Of a stretch of 64,000 nt of DNA, positions 27,327-50,965 are shown in pieces. Both the position numbers and the translations under genes were made by a program. Source of the stretch: Chrysomallon squamiferum (Eukaryota; Animalia; Mollusca); assembly GCA_012295275.1 (NCBI GenBank), contig CM022674.1:1550001-1614000 (forward strand), given 5' to 3'. Position 1 is the stretch's first letter. Every line of letters begins with the position of its first letter. The notes beneath the pieces were generated by a model. It ran no database searches. It saw only the letters and a list, made by a program, of their open reading frames with translations, and was not told where the DNA came from.

Positions 27327-30300
27327 CTAGTGAGTCGTTTCTCCACGACAGTTTACCTCAATCCACACGCTTAGAGCTCGTTCCAAAGCAATACAGTCTA
27401 TAGCGTTCGCTTCGGTCAAGCCGCTCAAAAGCAACACGAAGGCCAGAAAGGTAAGAAAAACCAGGACGCAAGCGAAGCACGTTTTGAACACACTTCTAGC
27501 CGAAGCCTGGACATTATCGATCATCACAAAGGGAGTGCGGAAACGGTCGTGGAAGATGTCGTACATTCTGCCGGCCCAGTTGACCGTTTGGTCCACCTCC
27601 ATCGACATCGTGTACGAGACGTTCTCCGTCGCCGTGAAGACGTTGGACACGGGGTCGTAGGCGGCCTGCAGCTGTTGCTGCCCTTCCACGTAGGACTTTC
27701 GTCCCGACGGGCTGGGCGCTGAAGTTTGGCGAAACCGTTTTTCGAACGTGACACCGTCGGCGCCGTTCGACGTTGTTGCTACCGATTTAAAGGACGTCCT
27801 CGACGAGGTCCCTGACGCCGTTGGCGATGATCCTGACTGCGCCGTACGAAAAGAGTGCTTCGATTCTGACTCTGCCGAGTGAAAAGAGTGCTTCGATCCG
27901 GATTCCTTTGGCTGCGAGGTTTGTTCATCCACCAGCGACTTGAACGAATGACTCGGGGACGCTTGTCTTGACGCGCGGTCTGAAGACGAATGTGAGTCCA
28001 TTGACGTGAACGAATGCGTCGGCGAAGGTTTGTTTTGCTCTTTTGCAGATTTCGACTGGAAGAAGGAAGAAGCTGGAAAAAAGGATTCAATTGCATCGGT
28101 GATCGACTCAGCCAAGGACCCCTTTCTTGTGATTTCAGTTTGTGGACTAGGAGCTGCTGCTGCTGCTGCTGTTTTCTCAAATCCTGATTTTGCAGGTGAA
28201 TCACTGATCTGTGAATTCCCGGTTCTCGAATTCGTTTTCGCTTTCGAACTGTTATCCAAGCTTGTGCTTGGTATCGAACGATCAAACTCTGAAGAAGCTG
28301 ACCGCTGAAAGCCAGAATCGTCATTGACTATTTCATGTGGTGGTTTTCTGGACGGCGATTCGTGCTGCTGTTTTCCCGTGTCTAGCAAGTTGAAGTACGG
28401 TTCTCCTGCAAGCAGCTCAAACGGGGATTTTTCGGACGTAGATTCAGAATGTGATTTTGGCGCTGACGGATCACGAAGTGACTGTGCCATTGAAGAATAC
28501 AGTCGCGATTGTGGCTCTGACAAATCAGACAACCGTTTTGGTGACGCTGAATCAATCTCAGGTTTTCTAGCTGATGAATCAATCTCTGGTTTTCTAGCTG
28601 ATGAATCAGTATCTGGTTTTCGTGATGATGAATCAATCTCTGGTTTTCTACCTGATGAATCAAACTCTGGTTTTCGTGATGATGAATCAAACTCTGGTTT
28701 TCGCGATGATGAATCAAACTCTGGTTTTCTACCTGATGAATCAAATTCTGGTTTTCGTGATGATGAATCAAACTCTGGTTTTCTACCTGATGAATCAAAC
28801 TCTGGTTTTCTACCTGATGAATCAAACTCTGGTTTTCTTGATGATGTATCAGACTCTGATTTTTTTTGTGATGAATCAGCTTCTGTCTTTTTTTGTGATG
28901 AATGAAACTCTGGTTTTCTTGGTAATGACTCAAACTCAGGTTTTCTTGGTGATGACTCAAACTCAGGTTTCCTTCCAGACGAATCAAACTCAGGTTTTCC
29001 TGGCGACGAATCAAACTCAGGTTTCCTTCCCGGCGACGAATCAGCCTCGAGTTTTCTTGCCGCCGCCGACGAATCAAACTCTGGCGACGACTCCTTTTTC
29101 TGTTTGCGTGCTGACGTCGACGACGAAGTTCTCGGCTTCTGGTCGACACGTGCAGCTTCTCCAGTTTTGCGAGGAGAGTCGACGCTGGCCGACGGCTCAC
29201 GCGCAATCACCAACACGTCGCGTGAACGGTCGGCCAACCTCCTCGCCTGGAAGGAAACGCCGCGGCTGACGGAGCGAACAGTCGTGCGTTCAACAAGCGA
29301 CGACGGCGAAGACCGCGACGTCGACGTCGACGAATAACCCGGGGCTAATTTAGAAGGGTCGTTGACGCAGACGTTCATGCTGATGCTGGATACGAGCCTG
29401 GCCGGGCTGTTGCTGTCCTCCGTGGACGTTGTCGTCGTATCGTTGATGAGAATGTTGAGGCTGAGGCTGGAGAGGTTGAGGGGAACAGGGGACAGCCTCA
29501 GGTCGTTCGAGGAGTTGCTTGGGAGATCGGTACATGACTCCACCCAGCGTCTGGCAAAAAGTGCTGAAGGATCACCGTGGTAATTGCACGACCTTAATAA
29601 AAAAAAAAAAAAAAAAAAAAAAAAATAAAAATTAATAATAATAATTAAAATTAAAATTAAAATTAATTCATTAAAAGCGACGGTAAATGGTGGACAATGC
29701 TACAAAATGCCGTGATTAAACCAATTCTGAATCAATCCATTCTTGGTGACAGAAAATTCTTTAACCACTTTGCCATCCCTGATATAGAATTCCCCCCCCC
29801 ACTAATCTGAGTGGTAACAGCTGCCCATTCATTCGTTCATTTCTTTGTTCATTCATTCATTCGTTCACACATTAATTCTTTCGTTCATTCCAAAAACCAA
29901 CCCTCATCCACTCTGCATTCCTCCATTAACCAATCCATTCACCATTCACTCATCATCATTAATTATTCATCAAACGTCTGTTCATTTGTCAGTGCATCTC
30001 CATTATAATCGCCGTATCATTAATTCCTTTTATTCATAAAACTATCCATCCACCGGATTTTAATTTATTCATTTGCTGTCCATCCATAATTTCGTACATT
30101 TTTAATTTATCCATCCATCCATCCATCCATCTATCCATTATTCCATCCATCCATCCAGCCATTCATCCATCCATCCATCCTTCCATCCATCCATCCATCC
30201 ATCCATCCTTCCATCCATCGATCGATCGATCGATCGATCCATCCATCCATCCATTCGTCCATCCTTCCATCCATCAATCCATCAATCCATCCATCCGTTT

Positions 30301-31609
30301 CTTCCATCCACCCCTCATTACCTGTCCCAGGAACAGATGAGTGACACTGAGAAGGTTAAGTCCTCCAGAATGTCTATGAGATCGTTGATCTGGGTGAGGT
30401 GGAATATCCTTCCATCCATCCATCCATCCATCCATCCATCCATTCATCCATCCATCCATCCATCCATTTATCCATACATCCATCCGTCCATCCATCCCTC
30501 ATTACCTGTCCCAGGAACAGATGAGTGACACTGAGAAGGTTAAGTCCTCCAGAATGTCTATGAGATCGTTGATCTGGGTGAGGTGGAATATCTCTCCCTG
30601 GACGTCTCCGATCTCCTTGGCTGTCGCAGAGAGCAGCTCGACTCGAGATCGAACCATCTGGGAGTTCGTGATGGCGTAGCCGCTCAGCCTCTGAAACACG
30701 TCGTCGTTTGTCGTCGTCGTCGTTTGAAACATGAAGGTTAGAAGAAGAGAGGTGCGTGTTAAGGGGAAAGTTTAAGAATATCAACAGTAACGACGACGTC
30801 GACGAGGGCAACAAGAGCAAGAAGAACTACAACAGCAACATTAAAACCCCTTCATAAACAGCAGCAAACTTCAACCACCAACCAACCCCACCACAAAGAA
30901 ATACAAATAAATCAGTAAAATAAACAAATAAAGTAAAATAAATAATAATAATAATAAAAAAAAAAAAAAAAAAAACCTCCCCAAAACCCCAAACAACAAA
31001 TAAAAACAACAAAAGAAAACAAAAACAAAGAAAAATAATAAAAAATAATAAAAAAAAAAAAAAAATAAAAAAAATAAAAAAACAGCAATAAAGACAACTT
31101 ACGAAACAAAGAACAATAAACCAAGAGCAGATATCTTTCTTTTGTTTCTCTCAAACACTCCCACCGAAGTACACACACACAAACAAACATGCGCGCATGA
31201 AATCTCAGTTACTCACGCTCGTATTCCCGTTAAACAAACAGTTGAGAATGTCTTCCATTTCCTCTTCCTGTTTTTTCAAGAACGCTTCTTTTTCGCTCAG
31301 TCTTGGTATGCTTATTTGCTCCAGATAACTACCGATTTGTTCCTTCATCAAATGTATGTTTTGACTCACCGCTGAAACGAATATGAAGGATTTTGTTTTA
31401 TATACGAAACAGATGCTCGTACGAATATACGTATATAATACATACATAACAAAATACATGCATGTGTACATATATAAGGCCAGGAAACTTACATGTATCA
31501 CATATTGAATATATATATATGTCACATACACACATAGTCACATCTAAATAACAAAAGTAATAAAAAAAAGAATTAAAAAAAAGAGTAATAAATAAATAAA
31601 TAAATAATA

Positions 31610-31652
<43 letters not shown>

Positions 31653-31921
31653 TGATATAAAAAATATGAAATAAAAAAATATGAAAAAAAATGCGAGGAA
31701 GCAAAGAATGAAACAAAGAAATAAACAAATAAACAAACAAACAAACAAACAAACACATTACCTAACAACAAGCCTTCAGCGTCCATTTTCTGTCTGGCCA
31801 GGCCAAACAGTCCATGTTCATGAAAAGTTGTCAGATATTTCATGATTTTTACAAGACGCTGCAGATTCTGTTTCAAATACTGGAACTCACTGCCATGCGC
31901 ACAGTTATCAGTGGACGACAT
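27327..31921 (-). CDS. Uncharacterised 907-aa tail-anchored protein: helical N-terminal domain, Ser-rich disordered region with decapeptide repeats, C-terminal TM and KASH-like lumenal tail
   Basis: Exons 31762-31921, 31217-31371, 30506-30690 and 27327-29550 join in phase (1,0,2) to 2724 nt with no internal stop; the last exon is a 2.2-kb GC-rich ORF; hydrophobic segment [21 protein letters not shown] lies about 30 aa from the C-terminus. Confidence 0.85.
28540..29085 (-). repeat. Coding 30-bp minisatellite encoding (RKPEFDSS[SG]) decapeptides
   Basis: GATGAATCAAACTCTGGTTTTC-containing units at 30-nt spacing, about 17 copies including divergent ones. Confidence 0.9.
30312..30408 (-). repeat. 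97-bp duplicate of an exon 3-prime end plus its splice donor (original 30496-30592), embedded in (CCAT)n
   Basis: Sequence appears identical at offset 184, including CAG|GTAATGAGGG. Confidence 0.92.
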
Positions 31922-32050
31922 TTTTTTTTCATTACGTCACCGAAAACTAACATAGTTCTAAATCCTTAAATTAGTGCACTTAAAAACGTATTTTCAAGGC
32001 GTTTAAGCCATTGCTTACTTTTTATTTACATATTTACAAACCTGAAGCGG

Positions 32051-32083
<33 letters not shown>

Positions 32084-32777
32084 TAAAAATACGTAAAAAT
32101 GAAAAAGAGAAAGGTACATTCATTTTTGTACCAATTAAAAAAGGTAGGAACGACAACTAAGCATAAAACTGCTTGGTCACGTCATTGTTAGAAATAATGA
32201 TATGACGTCATGTACATCACGTGATGTTGTCCGTAATCAGTCGACGCTTTCAAGCAAAAATGATATGTTAATGAACTGAATTAATAAATGAACAACGTAG
32301 CAAATAAATAAATAAATAAATAAATAATAAAATAAATAGTAGTAGAACTAGTGATATTAGTAGCAGCAGTAGTAGTAGTAGTAATAGCAATAACACTAAG
32401 AACACTACTACTACTACTACTACTATTACTATTACTACTACTACTATTACTACTACTATGTAAGGCGATAGACTGAATGCAGGCTGAAACGGGGAAACAG
32501 AGAGGAGGAACAGGAAATATTTCATTGAGCCCCACGAAGGAGATTCGATCCTCCGATGTATCGAACTTCAAGCGATATGTTTAGCCAGTGGAAAACAGCG
32601 TAATTGAAACAATAAAAGATAAGGCTGGCGATAAAACAAACGTGGCGAATACCAGATAAATAACATCAACATGCATCACTGACACTGAACAAAACCAAGC
32701 CAGTCTAGGTCTCTCTATATCGTTACCTCATTCCATTAAAGGTAAACCATTTTTGGAATCGAACGAGATCGCAGAGG

Positions 32778-32816
<39 letters not shown>

Positions 32817-32899
32817 CAAAAGACCGCGCCAAACACTCTATCCTTTTTGCGATGAATAACTCCGGTGTAGAGTTACCTCCCCCGAGTTGTTCAAGAAAG

Positions 32900-32906
32900 T
32901 ATAAAA
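32900..32906 (+). promoter_or_regulatory. TATA box of the EF-hand gene
   Basis: TATAAAA followed by GC-rich sequence, about 235 bp upstream of ATG 33137. Confidence 0.5.
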
Positions 32907-33136
32907 GCGGCACGAACGGGCTGCACGTTTTCCGTGATCGTTGAAGTTAGGCGATCCCAGGTGCGGACACGGAGATTCAGCAGACGTTAACTTTCGCAGA
33001 TATAGAGATTACCGGACGCCGGTCGAAGGGGAATAATTTATTTATTTGTTTATTTATTTATTTATTTATTTTTGAAAAAAACACACACACCCACACATAT
33101 ATATATTTTTATTTTTATTTTTATTTGGGGAAAACA

Positions 33137-33438
33137 ATGGCGCTGATGCAGATAGACATCGAAGAGGAGAAAAAGTACAAGGAAATCTTCCGGATTTTGG
33201 ACAAACAGACTGTCGGGTATATCAAAAACGACGAAATGGCTGCAATGATCGACCGCATGAAAGACGAGGTTGGGATGAAGGACGAAGAGGTGAAGCAGCT
33301 GGTGGACGACATTGATAAAAACAAGGACCAGAAAATACAGTTTAACGGTAGGTATATAATCTGTATTATGACAACGCTATATTTTTAGTTTAATACCATG
33401 TATTTTCGAACAAACGCGCGCGCGCGCGCACGCACGCA

Positions 33439-33482
<44 letters not shown>

Positions 33483-33603
33483 AACCCCCCAGAATTAATC
33501 CACGTATATATTTGAATGGTGTTTCTATATATATACACACACACACACACACACGCACACACAAACCCCCCAGAACTAATCCACGTATATTTATGAATGG
33601 TGT

Positions 33604-33654
<51 letters not shown>

Positions 33655-34790
33655 GTTACATGTATGTATGTATGTATGTATATATGCATGTATGTATTCG
33701 AAAACATATCACATTGAATTTAAATTACACAGACACACACAACAATCTTAAAATGCAGTATAATGGTAGATATATATATGAGAAAACCTATATATAAATA
33801 TATATGTATATATATCTGTATATGTATTAATTTCAGTTTTATATAACAATTCTGTTTTCGAATTTAGAAATACACAGATGAGACGAAAAAAGTATGCATA
33901 CATATGTACATACATACATACATACATACATACATGAATGCAAGAATATGCATATAATGTACATATATATTTATGCATACACTCACAAAAATGTGGGTTT
34001 ACGATTCCAAAGAAAATTCTTTATCAGTATCTGTTTTAAACAAGTACTTACACACTTAAGAAAATGCACAAATGGTTCAGAAAATTTCTGACTTAACACA
34101 ACAAATCTTTAATAAAAATATGTTAGAAAGATCAATAGGAATGTATGATATGTATTTGTGTGTGTATATATATATATATATCCCATATATCTATATCTAT
34201 ATATTTCAAAAGAACACTAAATTAATATAAAACGTTTTCCCCATAACATGTTGCTTTATCTATGTAAGTTACATACATACATCAAACCCAGGCGTCTACA
34301 GATATCCTTCAGCTAAAGAGCCTTACAAAACCTACACAAACTGAGTCAGATTGAAATGTCAAATATATCGAGTTCTCATCGCTCTATCTCTGTCGGAATT
34401 CCTTGGATAGTTCCTGGAAGAAGAAAAAAAAAAAAAAAAAAAAAAGAAAAAAAAGCCCCCATCTCACCTGTACTTTCTTCGACCACACAAACACAGATAT
34501 TAAGAAATACCACGTCTCATTACGGAATACGTACCTAGACTAGATGCCTGTCAGTTTTGTTCGAGGAAGCCGTTTTATGGAAGAAATAAAAACAAAAAAA
34601 AAAAAACCTGAACAAAAGTAAAGAGACAAATAAAAGAAAAAATAATGAATTTAAAGGAATTATAGGTAATATGCGAATTGTAGATATATTAAATAAGTGT
34701 TGTTGTTGCTTCATAGACAGATAGATAAATAGATAAATAAATAAATACTACTACTAATATAGACGTATAATTATTTATATTTCAAATAAA

Positions 34791-34833
<43 letters not shown>

Positions 34834-34911
34834 TTTTTCGTTACAGAGTTTTACAAATTCATGTCAGAAGCGGACAAGACTGAGGAAGAGGAGACATATT
34901 TGCCAAAGTGA
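33137..34911 (+). CDS. Small two-EF-hand calcium-binding protein (single calmodulin-like lobe), 91 aa
   Basis: Exons 33137-33347 and 34847-34911 (phase 1): ...KYKEIFRILDKQTVGYIKNDEMAAMI...MKDEEVKQLVDDIDKNKDQKIQFNEFYKFM...LPK*. Confidence 0.9.
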
Positions 34912-35265
34912 CGTCATATTCAGCATTTCGTAACAGTTTCTGGTTCAAGACCTGCTATTTTCCTACACTGTTGTGCTAAAATTAGAAATGATTTCATCGA
35001 CTTGTCTTCGTTATATCCGATGACGTCATTTCGTTCTGTTTTGGAAATAATACTGTTTACCTGCGTGAATGCTGCATACAAATTAGGATTAAAAAGGAAA
35101 GATAGAAAAGAAAAGAAAAGAAAAAGAAAAAAATGGTGAAAGAAAAAGTGAAGGAGGAAATTAAAAATATGGAGGAAATTTCATGAAACAGAATTTTGCT
35201 AATGGCGCCTTGTACTTTCGGAAGCAGCATGTTGTTAAATGTAACAAAATAATGAACACTGCATG

Positions 35266-35317
<52 letters not shown>

Positions 35318-36463
35318 ATGATTTAACTTCAGTTAATTTTGTTATCGCACTGACTTACATTACTAGAAATTTGCATTTGGTTTAACAAACACACAAGTTT
35401 AATTCTTTGTAGGCCAATTTATTTTAAAACTGTGAAGGCCAGTGGTTTTCAATTTATGATGAAATTTTTTGTAATAATTATTGAAGCAAAATGGATCGGC
35501 GTTTTTGAATGATAAATATTTTGCTATGTTTTTGAAGTTTTAAACAAAGTTTGTAACTAAATAAAACCAACAGAAGAACGAAAAACAAACGGAAATTAAA
35601 GAAACTAAGAAAAAAAAAAGAGTACCAACATTTTTTTTTTTTTTTTTTTTTTTATTTTATTTAGAAAACAGTTTACTCAGAAATCGTGAATACAGTTAGA
35701 GTTATGTCCCTTATTTTCGAGAATATGCTACTTCCCAACGCCATATTTTCTTTTTCTTTTTATTCCTTTATGTTCTTTCAAAAACACATGGCGGATATAA
35801 AAAAATAATATCCATGTTAATATATCGAAGATTATACTGAAATCCACTGGTTCAAATTTTTCTATAATAATATTGCGATACACATTAGCATTTTGGCATT
35901 TCACATTTAAAAAATATAACGTCTGTTCTAACCAAACAATATACTGGAATGATTTTTCTATTAGCACGTGTTGGTAATAGTTATATATAACGTATTGTTT
36001 TGGTACAGCATTTGGTTTCTTATTTATTTATTTATTTGTTTGTTTTCATTCACAGTGTGAAGTTACATAAACTTAGTAATTTCATATGTATAAGATGTTA
36101 AAATAACGCAGTAAGGACAATGAAACTTGATAAAGTAAAAAATAAATTAGCAACGTTGTAAAATGAACGTTATTAGTTAACTCTCTGACACTTCCCACTA
36201 AAACACACATTCACAAAACGACTCACACACAATAAATAAATTGGGAAAAAAAAAAAAAAAAAAAAAAAAAAGACGATGAATCTATATTTATATAGTACAA
36301 ACTTATCAAGAGATGGGTCAGCAGAATATTGTCATTTGTTTCAACATTGTAAAAGAAATTTACAAATCCGTGATATATATATATATATATATATATAAGC
36401 TTTGATGAACATTAACTTCAGAAAAGACTAGGTCTTATTTCCTGTTCAAAGATTCAGTTACTA

Positions 36464-36538
<75 letters not shown>

Positions 36539-36627
36539 ATTATGATGATGATGATGATGATGATAATAATAATAATCATAATCATAATAATAAAACAATT
36601 CATAATAAATAATAATAACAACAATAA

Positions 36628-36658
<31 letters not shown>

Positions 36659-36702
36659 TAAAAATAATAATAATAAAAATAATAATAATAATAATAAAAA
36701 AA

Positions 36703-36772
<70 letters not shown>

Positions 36773-37664
36773 AAATCAGCAAATAGTAAGATGGCAGTTG
36801 GGGGGATGTTTCTGCTTGCTACGCTTCGACGAACACAAACTTCACACTGTGAATTTTTCAACGTAGGATAAAAACTGTTTGACGTATTATTTTTAAAAAG
36901 TTGGGTACTGACACAAAAGGAGTCTCATTTCTTCTCCTCGTTTCTTTACCTCACTGAACACAAAAACCAAACAACATATCAGTTTTACAAAGGAATGAAC
37001 AAATGCCCAGGATTAGATAGACCCACCTAAGTTTGGTTGTAATTATCTTTTGTTTTCTTTTGTAAATGTATTAATAACGATAATGGTAATAATAATAATA
37101 ATATGTTAATATAGATTTATAATAAACACCCATGTTTGTTTGTTTTTGTTTACTCTGTTGTCACTGTTCATGTATTAACACGTTTTGTAAACATCGATTA
37201 AAACAGACAGTTAATATCTGTTCGTATTAATATATATATATATATTTTTTTTGAACACTTCGCACAATAAGGTATCATTTTTCTTGTTGTATGACTACAA
37301 TGTGCTATTCACGGAATGATACGTTTGGCTTCCGAAGATGACTTCATTTTTTTTTTATTATATTAACCGTTACTTGTTACGTTTTGCATGTCTGTTCGTA
37401 CACGTGTCTGTCCATCTTTATTTCCAGAATCGATCCTCTTTAGCGCGACCGTTAAATAACATTCCCGATCCAACCATTGCCCCGTATCTGGTTTATCGAA
37501 GGCCCCGTATGTTCTTTCCTGAGTACGGGAAGGTATCTCTAAATGGTATCTTGCTGCTAAAAAAAAAAACAAAGAAAAAACGTTAAGAAGAAAGAGAAAA
37601 GAAATAAAAATTAAAATAAAAAATCCACAAAAATGCCCACAACAACAACACACACACACGCACG

Positions 37665-37709
<45 letters not shown>

Positions 37710-39141
37710 GCACGCAAGAACGTTGTCCATGAAAAAGCTGCAGCTAGAATTTTGTTTCTTACGATCTTTAATAAATAACGTGTGGCTCGTAATTAATGAC
37801 AAATAACTTTTATACACCAAATTTGTTTACTTCATTCATTCGGTCACTCTGTTGATATATCATTTAGATAACACTGTTATAAAAATCACACACACTTGGG
37901 ATATGTATATATCTTCTGTGTATCTGTATCTATGTCTGTGTGTACCTGTGGTTTTTTTGTATATGTGTGTCTGTTTTGTTTGTCTGTGTGTACCTGTGGG
38001 TTTTTTGTATATGTGTGTCTATTTTGTTTGTCTCTCTGTGTGTGTGTGTGTGTGTATGTATGTATAAACGACAGAGCTATATCAAGAAGCGTATCTATGT
38101 CTGTATCTGTCTGTGTGTCAGTGTTTCTGTTTGCATGTGCATTTGAGTATCTTGGTACCAGACACAGGTGTGTCTGATTACTATTTTTTTTTTATCAATA
38201 ATTCCAAACACAATTAACTTTGTTCTATTTATTAACCAGTTTACATCTACTTTTATCTACTTTTATACTTTATGTCTTCCACTCTAACCTGAATAATCCT
38301 TCAAAAGAAATACTCGTAAATCTTCATGTCTTCTTACTTTTCTACTTAATTCTCACATGTGTTATCATCAGAGGTAGTGTTTTCCTGTCTATGGGTAGGT
38401 ACATATTAATGAGATCCTGCAGTTATCAGTAAGAACAAACACTGTGAACCGCCTGGACTGATTAAAACAGTAATATGACTAAAAAAGACATTAATATTTG
38501 TTTGTTCATTCATTCGTTCATTCTTTCTTTCTCTGATTCATTTGGTAGTTCATTCATATATAGAATATGTGTGTATATACAGGTAGGTATATATTATATG
38601 CGAATGTCTGTGTGTGTATGCATGTGTGCATGTGTGTATGTATGTATCTATGTATGTATGTATGTACATATTTCGCAATAATATGTATGTGTGTATGTGT
38701 GTGTATATATATATATATATATCTGTTATTCTTATTACTTCGCTCTGAAATTAAAACGTCAGCTTCTCTTCAAATTTCTCCCAACGTTTTATTTGGCTGT
38801 TGTTTTTACGAAGCTCGTGGCTAGCAGACTGATATAAAACGAGCACAGAGTGCTTTCCACTGACTCGGTAGTTTGATACAGGACACCGAATACAGCACAT
38901 ATCGTACATATGATCCAGCGGAATCCCGCGGCGGCAAACCAGATATGGCGAAACGAGAAAAAGAAACCAGTTGGCAGAAGAAGGTAACCGAAAACAGGTG
39001 GAGCACACGTAGCTATTCGGCGGTCACGTGGTCTGTAGTTGTTGTTGCGGCTCTCGTTATCACGTGATTTCTGTTAGTGTGCTCGCCACTCGGCCGTTAC
39101 GTGTGTTTTGTCTGCTACTTGCGTACGTGCGCGAGAAAGAG

Positions 39142-39275
<134 letters not shown>

Positions 39276-41112
39276 CATGCAGACACACACACAAACTCCA
39301 GGTAGAAAGAAAACGACGGTGTTACGTGGTACGAAATGCCACCAGAACACGTGTACAAATATAACTGTTAATCGAAAACGTAACAGCGTGGGCGTTGTAT
39401 GTTGCTGTCGGATCACTGACGTCGCTAACCTCAGGTCGGTATATGTTTCCAACATTCATAACACGAAAAAAAAAAAAAAAAAAAAAAAACAAAAAGAAAG
39501 AAGGAAAAAACAACGTTGATACCAATAGCAACATATGCAAACAGACGAATCTTTCCATAGAAAGAAGTGACAACTCAAAACAGACATAATTAATATAGCG
39601 TAATTTTATAACTGATCAGTGTATGTAGAATGACAGTGTGTGTCTTCATTGAAGTTTAATTAACCAGAGGCAGGTTATTATAATTATAATTATAATTATA
39701 ATTTTTTTAATAATGATAATAATAATATAATAATAATAATAATTATTATTATTATTTTATATTGCTATCTTTATATCCACTTAAAAGCTTTCCTAAGCTA
39801 TATGCACAAATGCGCTATGTATCTGATCTTATTTGTTTACAGTATTATAAGTATTCTTATACATATATTAACACATACATACATATACATTCATACATAC
39901 GTATTATATACAAACACACATACTACATAAAAAAAAAATATATATATATAACCTATATAAATACATACCTATATAAATATATAAATTCCTACATACATAA
40001 AAAGAATATACTCTAGATACACACATACATACGAAAATGTATTCATGCATACAGAACAGGGATACATACATTCATACATATCCACCATATACATATATAA
40101 AGACATACACAACCCACACATATATACGTACAACGATGGACACACCCACACCCACACACCCACACACACAAATAAACAAGCACACATTGTATTATGCATT
40201 ACGGCATTGGTACGTTATGGCTGTATCTGCACTTAGGCAAATGGTTGAAACTGAAACTGACGATTTTTTTATATTTTTTTTGATATTATATATAATATAT
40301 ATATATATATATATGTATATATTATATACAAAGATTTTATTTAGAAAATAACAAATATAAATCTATATTCCGAAAGAAACGACGTCCACTGAAGGAATTC
40401 GTTTACGTCTACGGCGACCGTTCGAAGTCTACCGACGTCGTTGCAGTGAAAGACGTAACTGATTTCGCCTTCTTTCAAAAAAGAGTCTAGTTACGGCCAT
40501 GAATGTACAGAAACCACGAGTCCAGGGAAATGTGGAAGTTAGTTACACATTACATAATCTTTTACAGTTTTTATTTTTTATCTAAACATAGTACCATTCA
40601 GCACTGCAGCCAGGCACTGTCTGCATAACCGAATGTTTCGATACGTCACGAAAACTCATATCTACGCCCGGCTTGTCAATGAATATTTGATTACAATCAC
40701 GAAGTTGGTTTGTAAAGAAATCGTGTCTACGGTACGTTCATTAGTTGAGGATCATATCGTGTCGCGCACATGTAAACTTTTACTGTTTTTTGTTTGTGTT
40801 TTTATTACAACGGGTAATTCAAACAGTTTCATTCTTGGTAGGAAACGTTAAAAAAAAAATAAAAAAAAAAAAAAAAAAATGCTCTCTCAGAACACAGTGT
40901 TAGAGACATGCACACAAATAAATATACATGGCAGATAAATAGCACTAGCATGACATATCGAGACGAAATAAAAAGCTTTACCAGTGTAAATATTGAATCT
41001 TCAAAGCAGCTGAAACTTAATTTAAGGTAAAACACTTAGCTTAGACTGCAGCGATAGTGTGTGCAGAGGATAATATTCAACCACGGTACGTTTTGGCGAT
41101 GTAGGGGGTTAT

Positions 41113-41153
<41 letters not shown>

Positions 41154-41257
41154 AAATAAATAATAATAATAAATAATAATAATAAATAATAATAATAATA
41201 ATAATAAATAATAATAATAATAAAATAAATAATAATAATAATAATAAAATATAATAA

Positions 41258-41288
<31 letters not shown>

Positions 41289-41570
41289 TATAATATAATA
41301 ATAATAATAATAATAATAATAAGAATAATAATAAGAATAATAATAATAATAATCCTAAAATATGTCAATAAATTAGAATAAAAAAAGAAAAAAGAAAAGA
41401 AGATAAAATAACATTGCGACCTCGATCATGATACACGCTCACAAACCCTGCAACCAATAATTGACACGACACAAAGACGTTTTAACATCGCAAAAATAGG
41501 TTAATAACAACACGCTTCTACGAGTCAGATCTTCAGACTGTCGTCTGCAAGAAGAAATAAAGCAGGCCAT

Positions 41571-41590
41571 CGACGCATGCGCAGTGCCAT
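41571..41590 (+). promoter_or_regulatory. NRF1-like element upstream of DUF1647 gene A
   Basis: CGCATGCGCA about 65 bp upstream of ATG 41647. Confidence 0.4.
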
Positions 41591-41646
41591 CGATTGAGTA
41601 ATGAAATGCAGATACCTAGGAGATAGCTGTAAATTATCTGGCTATT

Positions 41647-50823
<9,177 letters not shown>

Positions 50824-50914
50824 ATGTCGTGCACGTGCATATAATAGGAACAATAAGTTTGTGTGTGTTTGTGTGTGTATTATTTGTGTGTCTATGCATG
50901 TATGTATGTATCTA

Positions 50915-50965
<51 letters not shown>

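Noticed and set aside
27779-29337. Overlapping alternative-frame and antisense ORFs (181-274 aa)
   Set aside because: Shadows of the GC-rich 30-bp coding repeat; only the 738-aa frame joins the upstream exons and ends in a TM segment
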